Shown: in pieces, positions 18,915 through 30,372 of the stretch
Numbering within the stretch: the stretch's first letter is position 1
Layout: each line of letters opens with the position of its first letter
Position numbers and translations under genes: made by a program
The notes under the pieces: generated by a model
Databases searched by the model: none
Seen by the model: only the letters and a program-made list of their open reading frames with translations
Told to the model about the DNA's origin: nothing
Assembly (NCBI GenBank): GCA_021163365.1
Contig: JAGGWW010000006.1
Location: forward strand, 4,123 to 68,122
Direction of reading: 5' to 3'
DNA from: Nanobdellota archaeon
Lineage (GTDB): Archaea > Nanobdellota > Nanobdellia > CSSed11-243R1
Length of the DNA: 64,000 nt

Positions 18915-19148
18915 ATGGAGATAGACATATTCAAAAACAAACTTGTACCAAAAAGCAGAATTTTAAAGGAAGAAGAAGAAAAGGAATTATTAGAAAAATA
19001 TAACATAAGCAAAAAACAACTTCCAAGAATATTAGTTTCTGATCCTGTTGCTAAAGCATTAAATGCAAAACCCGGGAATATAATTGAATTTACAAGAGAA
19101 AGCAAAACAGCAGGTATGTCAAAATTTTATAGAGTGGTGGTTGCTTAA
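18915..19148 (+). CDS. rpoH: DNA-directed RNA polymerase subunit H (Rpo5)
   Basis: 77-aa ORF immediately upstream of rpoB2 in the canonical archaeal operon position. Confidence 0.75.
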   Translation: MEIDIFKNKLVPKSRILKEEEEKELLEKYNISKKQLPRILVSDPVAKALNAKPGNIIEFTRESKTAGMSKFYRVVVA

Positions 19149-20644
19149 TGGATAAAGAAACATCACAATTTTTGTTGAAAAAATATTTTGAAAGTAGGTC
19201 ATTTGTAGATCATAATATTAACTCATTTAATAAATTCATAAAGTATGGGATGCAAAGAGTTATTGATGAAGTTGGAGAAATAGTTCCAGACATTCTTCCA
19301 ATTGGTGTTAGAGATTTAAAAATAAAATTTGGAAAAGTCTGGGTTGAAAAACCAATCATAAAGGAAGCAGATGGTTCAAGAAGAAAAATAATGCCAATTG
19401 AAGCAAGACTTAGAAACCTAACATATGAAGCCCCAATTCTTGTAGAAATGAGTGTGATACAAAGTGGTGAAGAAAAAGATAAACAAACAGTTCAAATTGG
19501 AAGTATTCCAATCATGTTGCGTTCTGAAAATTGCTATCTTCATGGGTTAAGCAAAGAAGAATTAATTGAAGCTGGCGAAGACCCAAGCGACCCGGGTGGC
19601 TACTTCATTATAAACGGTACAGAAAGAGTTGTTGTAATAGTTGAGGATCTTGTAACAAATAAACTTTTAGTTGATGAGCAAAAAACAGGCACATTCCCTT
19701 ATGTTGGAAAGTTATTTAGTGAAGATGGGCAATATAACATTCCGCACACATTAGAAAAAGCAAAAGATGGGATAATATATATTTCATTTACAAAACTTCA
19801 AAAGATTCCTGTTGCCATATTAATGAAAGCATTGGGATTAGTAAAAGATAAAGACATAGTTGAAGCAATTTCAACTGATGAGAAGTTTTCATCTGATTTA
19901 TATATCAATCTATATGAAGCAAAAGACATAAAAAAAGTTGAAGATGCTCTTGAATATCTTGGCAAAAAAATGGGTATAATGGTGCCTGAAAAAAGAATAG
20001 AAAGAGCAGAAGAGATGATAGACAAGTTCTTTTTCCCGCATATTGGACATTCAAAAGAAGATAGAATTACAAAAGCATATTTCTTAGCAAGATGTCTTAA
20101 GAAACTGCTGCTTGTCTCATATGGTGATGTTGCACCAGATGATAAAGACCACTATAGTAATAAGAGATTAAGGCTTTGTGGTGATTTATTAGAAAACTTA
20201 TTTAGATTTTCATTTAGAATGCTCGTTGGTGATATGAAATATAATTTTGAAAGATTAGTAAAAAGAGGAAAAATACCAAATCTTCAATCAATTGTAAGAG
20301 CTCAACTATTGACATCAAGATTAAGAAGCGCCCTTGCAACTGGTGAATGGATTGGAGACAGACATGGAATATCGCAACACCTTGATAGATTAAACTATTT
20401 TGCAACATTATCTCATATAAGAAGAGTTGTCTCGCTTTTAACAGCAAGTAGGGAGAACTTTGAAGCAAGAGACTTACACCCAACACATTGGGGAAGACTT
20501 TGTACATCAGAAACACCAGAGGGTGTAAACGTAGGACTTAGAAAGAACCTTGCTATAACATGTGAAATTTCAACAGAACCTGAAATGTCTGAAGATGAAA
20601 TCATTTCAAAACTTAAAAAAATAGGATTACAGAGGGTAAGATAA
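19148..20644 (+). CDS. rpoB2: DNA-directed RNA polymerase subunit B'' (Rpo2N)
   Basis: 498 aa, N-terminal half of split RpoB. Operon order H-B''-B'-A'-A''. Confidence 0.9.
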   Translation: MDKETSQFLLKKYFESRSFVDHNINSFNKFIKYGMQRVIDEVGEIVPDILPIGVRDLKIKFGKVWVEKPIIKEADGSRRKIMPIEARLRNLTYEAPILVEMSVIQSGEEKDKQTVQIGSIPIMLRSENCYLHGLSKEELIEAGEDPSDPGGYFIINGTERVVVIVEDLVTNKLLVDEQKTGTFPYVGKLFSEDGQYNIPHTLEKAKDGIIYISFTKLQKIPVAILMKALGLVKDKDIVEAISTDEKFSSDLYINLYEAKDIKKVEDALEYLGKKMGIMVPEKRIERAEEMIDKFFFPHIGHSKEDRITKAYFLARCLKKLLLVSYGDVAPDDKDHYSNKRLRLCGDLLENLFRFSFRMLVGDMKYNFERLVKRGKIPNLQSIVRAQLLTSRLRSALATGEWIGDRHGISQHLDRLNYFATLSHIRRVVSLLTASRENFEARDLHPTHWGRLCTSETPEGVNVGLRKNLAITCEISTEPEMSEDEIISKLKKIGLQRVR

Positions 20645-22446
20645 TGGTAAATGTGTTTTTAAACGGAAGATACATTGGAGAACACAAAGACCCTGCTTCA
20701 TTCATTGAGAAAATAAAAGAAATGCGTAGAAATGGTAATTTGCCTACAGAACTTAATGTTGCTTACTATAAAGAAGAAGACAGCATTTATATATTAACAG
20801 ATAAAGGAAGAGCAAGAAGGCCTTTAATTGTTGTAAAAGATGGGAAACCATTACTCACAAAAGAACATATAGAAAAATTAAAGAAAAATGAAATAAGTTG
20901 GGATGACTTAGTAAAACAAGGTGTTATAGAATATCTTGATGCAGAAGAAGAGGAAAATGCCTACATTGCACTTGATGAAAAAGACTTAACACCAGAACAC
21001 ACACATCTTGAAATCTCTCCAACCATAATAATGGGTCCACAAGCAAATATGGTTCCTTATGCTCAACATTCATTAAGTTATCGTATTACACTTGGAGCAA
21101 AAATGACAAAACAAGCATTAGGGCTTTACACAGCTAATGTACCAATAAGAGCTGACACAGATGTAAGCATAATTCATTATCCACAAATACCAATTGTAAA
21201 AACACAAATGTATGATTTGTTAAAAGTTGAAGACCATCCAATTGGCCAAAATGTTGTTGTAGCAATAATGCCATTTGATGGATATAATATTCAAGATGCA
21301 ATTGTAATTAACAAAGGTAGTATAGAAAGGGGATTATTTAGAGCAACAACATACAGACCTTACAAATGTGAAGAATTAAGATATCCTGGAGGACAAACAG
21401 ATATAATAAAAATCCCTGATAAAGATATAAAAGGATATAGAACAGAACATGCATATAGATATCTAGAAGAAGATGGTATAATTGTTCCTGAAGCAGAGGT
21501 TGGCCCAGGAGATGTTCTTGTTGGAAAGGTTTCTCCACCAAGATTCCTTGCAAGCTTAGAAGAATTTAGAGTTGGAACTGAAGCGCAAAGAGAAACATCT
21601 ACAACATTACAACATGCTGAACAAGGAATTGTGGAATCTGTTTTAATCTCAGAATCAGAAGAAGGGAACAAATTTGTGAAAGTAAAAGTTAGAGACGAAA
21701 GAATACCAGAGCTTGGAGACAAATTTGCATCAAGGCACGGACAAAAAGGTGTTGTTGGATTAATTGTCCCAGAAGAAGATATGCCATTCACAGCAGATGG
21801 AATTATTCCAGATATTATTTTCTCACCACACTCAATACCAACACGTATGACAGTTAGCCACTTAATTGAAGTGCTTGGTGGAAAGGTTGGGGCTCTTTAT
21901 GGAAAGTATGTTGATGCAACAGCTTTCCAAAGCATGAGTGAATTTGAACTAAGAAAAATGCTTAAAGAAGCTGGATTTAGAGAAGATGGTTCTGAAATAA
22001 TGTATGATGGAAGAACAGGAGAAGAGATAAAAGCAAGGATATTCATAGGAAGCCAATACTATTACAGACTTAAACACATGGTTGCAAATAAGATTCACGC
22101 AAGAAGCAGGGGACCTGTACAGCTTTTAACAAGACAACCAACAGAAGGAAGAGCAAAAGAAGGAGGATTAAGACTTGGAGAAATGGAAAAAGATTGTTTA
22201 GTAGGGCATGGTGCATCATTACTATTAAAGGAAAGGTTTGATTCTGACAAAACAGTGCTTCCAGTTTGTAAAAAATGTGGTTTAGTTGCTATTTACAACA
22301 AATATAAGAATAAAACAATGTGTCCTGTTTGTGGAGAAAATGCTCCTGTAACATTTGTAGAAATGTCATATGCATTTAAGCTTTTGCTTGATGAACTTAA
22401 ATCAATGGGTATATATCCAAAACTTAAGATAAAACCAAAGTATTGA
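20644..22446 (+). CDS. rpoB1: DNA-directed RNA polymerase subunit B' (Rpo2C)
   Basis: 600 aa C-terminal half of RpoB. Conserved GDKFASRHGQKG and C-terminal Zn ribbon CKKCG...CPVCG. Confidence 0.9.
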   Translation: MVNVFLNGRYIGEHKDPASFIEKIKEMRRNGNLPTELNVAYYKEEDSIYILTDKGRARRPLIVVKDGKPLLTKEHIEKLKKNEISWDDLVKQGVIEYLDAEEEENAYIALDEKDLTPEHTHLEISPTIIMGPQANMVPYAQHSLSYRITLGAKMTKQALGLYTANVPIRADTDVSIIHYPQIPIVKTQMYDLLKVEDHPIGQNVVVAIMPFDGYNIQDAIVINKGSIERGLFRATTYRPYKCEELRYPGGQTDIIKIPDKDIKGYRTEHAYRYLEEDGIIVPEAEVGPGDVLVGKVSPPRFLASLEEFRVGTEAQRETSTTLQHAEQGIVESVLISESEEGNKFVKVKVRDERIPELGDKFASRHGQKGVVGLIVPEEDMPFTADGIIPDIIFSPHSIPTRMTVSHLIEVLGGKVGALYGKYVDATAFQSMSEFELRKMLKEAGFREDGSEIMYDGRTGEEIKARIFIGSQYYYRLKHMVANKIHARSRGPVQLLTRQPTEGRAKEGGLRLGEMEKDCLVGHGASLLLKERFDSDKTVLPVCKKCGLVAIYNKYKNKTMCPVCGENAPVTFVEMSYAFKLLLDELKSMGIYPKLKIKPKY

Positions 22447-22455
22447 GGGAGAAAC

Positions 22456-25065
22456 ATGAATGAGATAATAAGAGACAAAATTGGAGCAATTGAATTTAGA
22501 ATGCTTTCTCCAAAGCTAATTAAAAAGATGGCTGTTGTTAAAGTAATAACACCAGAACTTTACGATGCAGATGGTTATCCAATTGATGGTTCTCTTATGG
22601 ATTTAAAGATGGGTGTAATTGACCCAGGATTGCGCTGCAGAACATGTGGTGGAAAAGTAAAAGAATGTCCTGGCCACTTTGGATACATTGAGTTAGCAAG
22701 ACCTGTTTTTCATATAAGATACATTCCTTTGATATACATATTCTTAAGAAGCACATGCTCATCATGTGGAAGACTTTTGTTGCCACAAGCAGAGATAGAT
22801 AAATGGCTAAAAAAGATGTCCGAAGTTGATGATGAGAAAAAAGCAATTATAACAAAGATAATAATAAATAAAACAAAGTTAATTAAAAAATGTCCGCATT
22901 GTGGTGCAAAACAAGAAAGAATTAAGCTTGTTAAACCTTCCACCTTTATGCAAGGTAGCACAAAACTTACACCAATTGATGTTTTAGAAAGATTAAAAAG
23001 AGTTCCAGATACAGATTCAGAACTTTTAGGAATATCTCCAGCAGCTGGAAGGCCAGAATGGATGGTTTTAACTGTTTTGCCTGTTCCACCAGTTTCTGTA
23101 AGGCCATCAATTACACTTGAGTCTGGAGAAAGAAGTGAAGATGACTTAACACACAAGCTTGGTGATATTGTAAGAACAAACCAAAGATTGCTTGAAAACC
23201 TAAGTGCTGGAGCTCCAGAGCTTATAATAGAAGACCTTTGGGATTTGTTGCAATATCATGTTACAACTTTCTTTGCAAATAACATAGCGCAGATTCCTCC
23301 TGCAAGACACAGAAGTGGAAGGCCACTTAAAACACTTACAGAAAGAATTAAAGGAAAAGAAGGAAGATTTAGAAAGAATCTTGCAGGAAAACGTGTGAAT
23401 TTCTCAGCAAGAACAGTAATTTCTCCTGATTCTCACTTAGCTGTTAATGAAGTTGGAGTTCCAGAAGTAATAGCGAGAGAATTAACAGTCCCAGAAAGAG
23501 TTACAGAATGGAATTTGAAAGAAATGAAAGAGCTTGTTAAAAATGCTCCACATAAATACCCAAGCGCAAATTATGTTATAACACCAGATGGCAAAAGAAA
23601 GGTTATTTCTGATGAAACACGTGGTGCAATACTTGAAGAACTTGCACCAGGATATATTGTTGAAAGACACTTAAGGGATGGAGACATTGCATTGTTTAAT
23701 AGACAGCCATCATTACATAGAATAAGCATAATGGGACATAGAGTAAAGGTTTTACCATACAAAACATTTAGAATGAACTTATGTGTAACAATTCCCTACA
23801 ATGCAGACTTTGATGGAGACGAGATGAATTTACACATTCCGCAAACCGAAGAAGCAAGAGCTGAAGCAGAGATTCTTCTTGGTGTTGAAAATAATATTGT
23901 AACACCAAGATATGGTCTGCCAATAATTGGCGCAATTCAAGACCAAATAACAGGATGCTATTTGCTAACAAAAACAGAAGAATTGTTTTCACAAGAAAAA
24001 GCTGCTGAATTACTTGCAAGTATTGGTATTTTTGAATTACCAAAGAAGCCAGCTATGAAAAAAGGTGGTGTTAAGTACTACACTGGAAAGCAAATATTTT
24101 CAATGATATTGCCAGATATAGATTACATAGGAACATCAAAAAATTGCCCATACCATAATGTGTGCAATAATCCTGATTGCAAATATAAAAAAGTAATAAT
24201 AGAAAAAGGGGAATTAAAGCAAGGAGTTATTGATGCAATAGCCATTGGTGCAGAAGCACCAAAAGGAAAGCTAACACAAGCAATTATTAATAAATATGGA
24301 AATGAAGTTGCAATTGATTTCATTCAAAAAGCAGCTTTGCTTGGAATTAACTTCTTGCAAAGACATGGATTCACAACTTTACTTACTGATACAGATTTAC
24401 CACAAGAAGCAATAAGAGAAATAAAAGATGCATTTAATCATGCTGAAAAGAAAATTGATGAAATAATAAAAGAATATCATGAAGGTAAACTAAAGGCATA
24501 CCCTGGAAGAACAGTAAGGGAAACACTTGAATTTAAAATAATTGAAATAATAAACAGGGCAAGAAACAGAACTGGAAGAATTGTGGAAAGTTATGTTAAG
24601 CCAAATAATTACACAATGATTATGGCAAAATCTGGAGCAAGGGGGGGTGTATTGAACTTAGCGCTTATGGCAGCATCTGTAGGACAGTTAAGCTTAAGAG
24701 GAAGCAGAATTAGAAAAGGATATAGAAATAGAACACTCCCACACTTTAAGTGGGGTGACATAGGTCCAGCAGCTGGTGGTTTTGTAAGACACTCTTATAA
24801 AGGAGGATTAACACCAACAGAATTTTTCTTTAATGCAATAACAGGTAGGGACACAATCATGGACACCTCAATGAGAACACCTAAATCAGGTTATCTTCAA
24901 AGAAGACTTATAAATGCATTGCAAGACTTAAAAGTAGAATATGATAACACAGTTAGAGATGCTTCAGGAAGAATAATTCAATTCACATATGGTGCTGATG
25001 GTTTAGATGTAACAAAATCAGACCATGGAAAGTTATTAATTCCAAAGGAGGAAGTGCTCAAATGA
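22456..25065 (+). CDS. rpoA1: DNA-directed RNA polymerase subunit A' (Rpo1N)
   Basis: 869 aa. [10 protein letters not shown] catalytic motif. N-terminal Zn-binding CRTCGGK..CPGHFG. Confidence 0.9.
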   Translation: MNEIIRDKIGAIEFRMLSPKLIKKMAVVKVITPELYDADGYPIDGSLMDLKMGVIDPGLRCRTCGGKVKECPGHFGYIELARPVFHIRYIPLIYIFLRSTCSSCGRLLLPQAEIDKWLKKMSEVDDEKKAIITKIIINKTKLIKKCPHCGAKQERIKLVKPSTFMQGSTKLTPIDVLERLKRVPDTDSELLGISPAAGRPEWMVLTVLPVPPVSVRPSITLESGERSEDDLTHKLGDIVRTNQRLLENLSAGAPELIIEDLWDLLQYHVTTFFANNIAQIPPARHRSGRPLKTLTERIKGKEGRFRKNLAGKRVNFSARTVISPDSHLAVNEVGVPEVIARELTVPERVTEWNLKEMKELVKNAPHKYPSANYVITPDGKRKVISDETRGAILEELAPGYIVERHLRDGDIALFNRQPSLHRISIMGHRVKVLPYKTFRMNLCVTIPYNADFDGDEMNLHIPQTEEARAEAEILLGVENNIVTPRYGLPIIGAIQDQITGCYLLTKTEELFSQEKAAELLASIGIFELPKKPAMKKGGVKYYTGKQIFSMILPDIDYIGTSKNCPYHNVCNNPDCKYKKVIIEKGELKQGVIDAIAIGAEAPKGKLTQAIINKYGNEVAIDFIQKAALLGINFLQRHGFTTLLTDTDLPQEAIREIKDAFNHAEKKIDEIIKEYHEGKLKAYPGRTVRETLEFKIIEIINRARNRTGRIVESYVKPNNYTMIMAKSGARGGVLNLALMAASVGQLSLRGSRIRKGYRNRTLPHFKWGDIGPAAGGFVRHSYKGGLTPTEFFFNAITGRDTIMDTSMRTPKSGYLQRRLINALQDLKVEYDNTVRDASGRIIQFTYGADGLDVTKSDHGKLLIPKEEVLK

Positions 25066-26180
25066 CACTGCCACCATCAATAGAAGAACAATTAAAAGAA
25101 CTTAAAGAAATGCTTAAACTTAACAAGGCACAAATGGAAAAACTAAGAAAAATAGCTGAAAAACAATATGAGAAATCATTAATTGAGCCTGGAGAAGCAG
25201 TGGGTGTTGTTGCTGCTCAATCAATTGGTGAACCAGGCACTCAGCTTACTTTAAGAACAAAGTTATTAGCTGGAGCTACAGAAATGACTGTTACACAAGG
25301 TTTGCCACGTTTAATAGAAATATTTGATGCAAGAAGCGAGCCAAGCACACCTGCAATGACAATATTCTTAAAGCCTTCTTATGCAACAAGCGAGGCAAAA
25401 GTTGAAGAAATAGCACTTAGGTTGCTTGAAATATCTTTAGAGGATATATCAAAAGAAATAAATGTGGACTTATTAAGAATGAGAATTGAAATAGAATTGG
25501 ACCCAGCAAAGATGAAGAAATTTAAAGTAAAAGAGAAAGATGTTTTAAAAAGAATTTCTGAATACTTTAAATCAGCAAAGATAACAACTGGGGCTTATAA
25601 GATAAACATAAAACCAAAAGAAGAAGACATGGATATCAAAAAATTATATAGATTAAGAGTTAAATTAAAAGGACTGCACATTGCTGGAATAAAAGGAATA
25701 AAACAAGTTTTACCAATTAAATTTGGAAATGATTGGATAATAAAAACAGCTGGTTCTAATCTTAAAGAAGTTCTTAAGTTGCCTGAGGTTGATATTGAAA
25801 GAACAAAAACAAATGATATATTTGAAATTTGGAGAGTTCTTGGAATAGAAGCTGCAAGAAACGCAATTATAGAAGAAACATTAGATGTGCTTAAAAATCA
25901 AGGAATTGAGGTTGATGTCAGACACATCATGCTTGTAGCAGATATTATGACAAATGATGGTACAATAAAAGGTATTGGAAGATACGGTGTTAGCAGTGCA
26001 AAAGCCTCAGTGCTTGCGCGTGCGAGTTTTGAAGTTCCATTAAAGCACTTATTTAGCGCTGCTGTAAAAGGAGAAGTTGATGAGTTAAGAAGTGTTGTTG
26101 AAAATGTCATGGTTAATCAGCCAGTTCCAGTAGGCACTGGTATGGTTGATTTAAGAGTTAAAAAAGGTGATAAAAAGTGA
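25062..26180 (+). CDS. rpoA2: DNA-directed RNA polymerase subunit A'' (Rpo1C)
   Basis: 372 aa. Follows A' with a 4-nt overlap. Confidence 0.9.
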   Translation: MTLPPSIEEQLKELKEMLKLNKAQMEKLRKIAEKQYEKSLIEPGEAVGVVAAQSIGEPGTQLTLRTKLLAGATEMTVTQGLPRLIEIFDARSEPSTPAMTIFLKPSYATSEAKVEEIALRLLEISLEDISKEINVDLLRMRIEIELDPAKMKKFKVKEKDVLKRISEYFKSAKITTGAYKINIKPKEEDMDIKKLYRLRVKLKGLHIAGIKGIKQVLPIKFGNDWIIKTAGSNLKEVLKLPEVDIERTKTNDIFEIWRVLGIEAARNAIIEETLDVLKNQGIEVDVRHIMLVADIMTNDGTIKGIGRYGVSSAKASVLARASFEVPLKHLFSAAVKGEVDELRSVVENVMVNQPVPVGTGMVDLRVKKGDKK

Positions 26181-26455
26181 TAACAGAAGTTGCAGAACTT
26201 CCAGATGATTTTAAAAAAGCTTTAAGCTCTGGAAAACTAGTTTATGGCATTAAGAGTGTTTTAAAAGAAATAAAAAAAGGAAACGTTAAAAAAGTAATAA
26301 TAGCATCAAATATTCCAAGCAACTATTTAGATGATTTAAAAAGATATTCGGAGATATCCAACTTTGAAATAATCAAATACAAAGGAACAAATATGGAACT
26401 TGGGGTGCTCTGTAAAAGAGCACATAGTGTTTTGGCAGCAGCCATAGTAAAGTGA
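26177..26455 (+). CDS. rpl30e: ribosomal protein L30e
   Basis: 92 aa in the conserved position between rpoA2 and nusA. Confidence 0.8.
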   Translation: MITEVAELPDDFKKALSSGKLVYGIKSVLKEIKKGNVKKVIIASNIPSNYLDDLKRYSEISNFEIIKYKGTNMELGVLCKRAHSVLAAAIVK

Positions 26456-26459
26456 TATT

Positions 26460-26882
26460 ATGGGAAGGATAAGGTTAACAAACGAAGACATAGGATTTAT
26501 AACAATATTTGAAGGAATAACTGGAGCTACTGTTAAAGATTGTATTTATGATAAAGAAAAAGAAAAAATAACATTCATAGTGTCAGAAGGACAAGCTGGG
26601 ATAGCTATTGGTAGAGGGGGAATAAATATAAAAAAGCTTGAGGATAAGCTAAAGAAAAAAATAGAAGTTCTTGAATTTTCAAAAGACCCACTAAAGTTTC
26701 TTGCAAATATATTTAGACCTGTGCAAATAAAAAATGCGTATATATCAGAAAAATCAAATGGTGAAAAAACACTATATGCAAGTGTTTCAAAGGATAGGCT
26801 TGGAATGGCAAAATCAAAGGCAAAAATAGCAAAAGAACTTTTAAAAAGATACTTTGATTTTCAAGAAGTTATACTTCAATAA
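26460..26882 (+). CDS. nusA: transcription termination/antitermination factor NusA (archaeal KH-only form)
   Basis: 140 aa with GxxG KH motif (IGRGGINIKKL). Conserved position. Confidence 0.75.
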   Translation: MGRIRLTNEDIGFITIFEGITGATVKDCIYDKEKEKITFIVSEGQAGIAIGRGGINIKKLEDKLKKKIEVLEFSKDPLKFLANIFRPVQIKNAYISEKSNGEKTLYASVSKDRLGMAKSKAKIAKELLKRYFDFQEVILQ

Positions 26883-26909
26883 AGTTTATAAAGGAATTAA
26901 ATTTAAGGT

Positions 26910-27356
26910 GTGATTATGGCTAAGAAACCAAGAGGATTAAACGCTGGTAAGAAATTAAGACAAAGAAGGAAGAAATTTCGCTTTGCAAAAAAAGACTTAG
27001 CTAAGATGAAGACTAAAGCTTACAAAAAAACAGACCCACTTGAAGGAGCTCCAGCTGCAAGAGGCATTGTTATTCAAAAAATGGAAATAGAAGTAAAACA
27101 GCCACACTCAGGTTTAAGAAAATGTGTAAAAGTGCAAATTGCAAAAAATGGAAGAACTGTTGGAGCTTATGCTGGATACGGTCCTGGAGCAATCAAGTTT
27201 ATTGATGAACATAATGAAGTAATCATAGAGAGAATGGGTGCTCCACAAAGAAGAGCATTTGGAGACATGCCTGGAATTAAATTTAGAGTAATAAAAGTAA
27301 ATGGTGTTTCAATAAAAGAATTGGTTAAAGGAAGAAAAGAAAAACCAATGAGGTAA
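26910..27356 (+). CDS. rps12: 30S ribosomal protein S12
   Basis: KKPRGLNAGKKLRQRRKKFR N-terminus and S12/S23 core. Confidence 0.85.
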   Translation: MIMAKKPRGLNAGKKLRQRRKKFRFAKKDLAKMKTKAYKKTDPLEGAPAARGIVIQKMEIEVKQPHSGLRKCVKVQIAKNGRTVGAYAGYGPGAIKFIDEHNEVIIERMGAPQRRAFGDMPGIKFRVIKVNGVSIKELVKGRKEKPMR

Positions 27357-27360
27357 TAAA

Positions 27361-27957
27361 ATGGAAATAAAATTATTTGAAAAATATTCATTTGAAGGGG
27401 TTGTAGTAAATGACCCTGGATTAAAAAATGTGATTAGCCTTAAACCCATTTATGTTCCTCAAAATTTTGGAAGGCATGCAAGCCAAAGATTTGCTAAGGC
27501 AAAGGTAAACATTGTTGAAAGATTAACAAAGAAGTTAATGACACCAGGGCACAAAGGAAAAAAACATTGGAGAACAAGCGAATATTGTACTGGCAAATCG
27601 CAAACAGTGGTAAACATTGTAAAAAAAGCATTTGAGATAATTGAAAAACAAACAAAGAAAAATCCAATTGAAATTTTAGTAAGGGCAATAGAAAATGCAG
27701 CACCAAGAGAAGAAGTAACAGTAATAGAAATAGGTGGAATTCGTGTGCCAAAGCAAGTTGATACAGCTCCTTTAAGAAGAGTTGATTTGGCATTAAGATG
27801 GTTAACTCAAGGGGCTTTTCAAGCAGTTGCTGACAAAAAGATTTCAATTGAAAAAGGATTAGCAAATGAAATAATAGCTGCAAGCAATGATGACCCAAAA
27901 TCATTTGCTGTTTCTAAGAGAATAGAAGTTGAAAGGCAAGCAGAAGCAAGCAAGTAA
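27361..27957 (+). CDS. rps7: 30S ribosomal protein S7
   Basis: 198 aa. Conserved position after S12. Confidence 0.85.
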   Translation: MEIKLFEKYSFEGVVVNDPGLKNVISLKPIYVPQNFGRHASQRFAKAKVNIVERLTKKLMTPGHKGKKHWRTSEYCTGKSQTVVNIVKKAFEIIEKQTKKNPIEILVRAIENAAPREEVTVIEIGGIRVPKQVDTAPLRRVDLALRWLTQGAFQAVADKKISIEKGLANEIIAASNDDPKSFAVSKRIEVERQAEASK

Positions 27958-27995
27958 TGGAAAGCTTTTTATTGAATTGAAATTTCTCATTATTC

Positions 27996-28298
27996 ATGGA
28001 ACAACAAGCACCAGTAAGAGTAAGAATGCCAAAAGAAGGAGAAATTCTTGGCATAGTTGAGCAACTCCTTGGATATGCAAAAATGAAAGTAAAGGGGGTT
28101 GATGGAAAAACAAGAGTTTGTAGGGTGCCAGGAAAGCTCATGAGATCTCTTTGGGTAAGGGAAAGGGACATAGTGTTGGTAAAACCATGGGAATTTCAAC
28201 CAGATACAAAAGGCGATGTCATATACAAGTACAGAAGAAATCAAGTTGAAATACTAAAGAAAAGAGGCTTGTTAAAAGGGCTTGAAGGAGAACTTTAA
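27996..28298 (+). CDS. eif1a: translation initiation factor 1A (aIF-1A)
   Basis: S1-like OB fold VRVRMP...GKLMRSLWVRERDIVLV. 100 aa. Confidence 0.8.
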   Translation: MEQQAPVRVRMPKEGEILGIVEQLLGYAKMKVKGVDGKTRVCRVPGKLMRSLWVRERDIVLVKPWEFQPDTKGDVIYKYRRNQVEILKKRGLLKGLEGEL

Positions 28299-28310
28299 GA
28301 GGTGATATAG

Positions 28311-28859
28311 ATGGATGTTCTTATTCCTGTTCTTGGAATAATTGTGATAGGTGGATTTGTAATTTATTATTTCAATAGAATAATTGTTTTAGAGAATAGA
28401 ATAAAAAATGCTTGGTCTCAAATTGATGTACAACTTAAAAAAAGAGCAGATTTAGTTCCAAATCTTGTTGAAACAGTAAAAGGTTATATGAAACATGAAA
28501 GGAGTGTTTTTGAAAATATAGCAAAAGCAAGGAAAGAAATGTTAAAAGCAACAACGCAAGAGCAAAAGATAAAAGCTGGAAACATGCTTGCAGATGCTTT
28601 AAAAACAATTTTTGCAATTGCGGAAAACTATCCTAAGCTAAGGGCAAGTGAAAATTTCTTAATGCTTCAGGAAGAGCTTTCTGGAATTGAAAATAAAATT
28701 GCCTATGCAAGACAGTTTTACAATGATTCTGTTCTTGAATATAACAATTTAATTAAAACAATACCTGGAGTTTGGTTTGCAAAATTGATGGGTAAAAAAG
28801 AAAAGCAATACATTGAAATAAAAGAAGTTGAAAGAAAGCCAGTTAAAGTGAAGTTCTAA
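28311..28859 (+). CDS. lemA: LemA family membrane protein
   Basis: N-terminal TM plus conserved RQFYNDSVLEYNNLIKTIPGVWFAK C-terminal LemA motif. Confidence 0.7.
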   Translation: MDVLIPVLGIIVIGGFVIYYFNRIIVLENRIKNAWSQIDVQLKKRADLVPNLVETVKGYMKHERSVFENIAKARKEMLKATTQEQKIKAGNMLADALKTIFAIAENYPKLRASENFLMLQEELSGIENKIAYARQFYNDSVLEYNNLIKTIPGVWFAKLMGKKEKQYIEIKEVERKPVKVKF

Positions 28860-28860
28860 A

Positions 28861-29730
28861 ATGGTAAGCTTCTTTGATGAGATTAGAATCAATAAGATAA
28901 AGTCAGTAATTTTAATTTTCTTAGTTATTGGTGTACTTATTGCACTTGGCTATACAATTGCATTAGTTTACAATCCAGCATTTACTTTGTTCTTTGTTTT
29001 ATTTGCTCTTGTAATAGCAATTACTGAATCATTATATGCTTATTACAAGGGTGATAAACTAATATTAAAATTAGTAAATGCCAAGCCAGCAAAGAAACCA
29101 GAGCACGCCCACCTAATAAATGTTGTTGAAGGATTAAGTTTAGCAGCAGGGATACCACCGCCAAAAGTTTATGTAATAGAAAATCCTGACATAAATGCAT
29201 TTGCAACTGGAAGGGACCCAAAACATGCATCAATTGCAGTTACAACAGGCGCATTAGAAAAATTAGATAGAATAGAACTTGAAGGTGTGGTTGGGCACGA
29301 GATTGGACATATTAAAAATTATGATATTAGATTTGCAACACTTGTTGTTATACTTGTTGGGATAATTGCAATAGTTAGTGGCATATTCCTTCGTTCATTT
29401 TGGTTTAGGGATAGAGATAGAAAAGCAGGAGCAATAGTTTTAGTTGGGCTTTTGTTTGCAATTTTAGCACCAATTGCTGCAAAACTTGTTCAATTAGCAA
29501 TTTCAAGAAAAAGAGAGTATCTTGCTGATGCTTACAGTGCAAAGCTAACAAGGTATCCAGAAGGCTTAGCAAGCGCTCTTGAAAAAATCATGAAGTATAA
29601 CAAAGGTGTATTAAAGGTTGATGACTCTGTTTCAAGCTTGTTTATCGCAAACCCTAAAAAGAAAATAGCTGAACTTTTCTCAACACACCCACCAATTGAA
29701 AAGAGAATCGCTATCCTAAGGGCGATGTAA
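28861..29730 (+). CDS. htpX: M48 zinc metalloprotease HtpX
   Basis: HEIGHIKNYD (HExxH) and multiple TM segments. Paired with lemA. Confidence 0.75.
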   Translation: MVSFFDEIRINKIKSVILIFLVIGVLIALGYTIALVYNPAFTLFFVLFALVIAITESLYAYYKGDKLILKLVNAKPAKKPEHAHLINVVEGLSLAAGIPPPKVYVIENPDINAFATGRDPKHASIAVTTGALEKLDRIELEGVVGHEIGHIKNYDIRFATLVVILVGIIAIVSGIFLRSFWFRDRDRKAGAIVLVGLLFAILAPIAAKLVQLAISRKREYLADAYSAKLTRYPEGLASALEKIMKYNKGVLKVDDSVSSLFIANPKKKIAELFSTHPPIEKRIAILRAM

Positions 29731-30372
29731 ATGAAAATTTCATACTATGTTGAGGAGCCATTTGGCATATCAAAAGAAACAAAGAAAAAATCAATGCTGG
29801 GATGTGTTTTGAATATTGCAACTACAAATAAAAATAAAAAAGAAATAATTGATTTATCTAAAGAAGGCGCAAGGATAAATGTGTGGCCAGTGTTCCCAAA
29901 ATATAATAGCTTATTACTTAGCATGATTAGTGGAACATATTGGTTAGCTAAGGAAAATGTAAAACATTTGTATGAGTTTATAGACATAGCAAGAAAAGTA
30001 GATTCTGAATACATTGTTCTTGATGTAGAAGTACTTCCAATTTGGAAAAATAATCCTTCAAAACATGAATTAGTGAACCTTATCGATGAAATACATGACA
30101 ATGGTATAAAAGCAAAAGTTACAACAATTCCCATAACTCCAAAACCAAATAAAAGAATGAAAATCATCAAAGATAGTTTAAACCTCCTTAAGAAAAGATT
30201 CCCAAATAATAAAATTGGAGTTGATATTGGTGCTGGATTAAGTATTTTTCCTGTTGTAGATAAATTAACTTTAAAGCTTCCGAGAACATTAGAAGAAGAA
30301 CTAAAGTTTTGTGAAAGTTTGGGTGTTTATGAAGTTTCAATATACGATTTATCAAGTGCTTTAGTTAGTTGA
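29731..30372 (+). CDS. hypothetical protein
   Basis: 213-aa ORF. No motif recognised. Confidence 0.3.
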   Translation: MKISYYVEEPFGISKETKKKSMLGCVLNIATTNKNKKEIIDLSKEGARINVWPVFPKYNSLLLSMISGTYWLAKENVKHLYEFIDIARKVDSEYIVLDVEVLPIWKNNPSKHELVNLIDEIHDNGIKAKVTTIPITPKPNKRMKIIKDSLNLLKKRFPNNKIGVDIGAGLSIFPVVDKLTLKLPRTLEEELKFCESLGVYEVSIYDLSSALVS

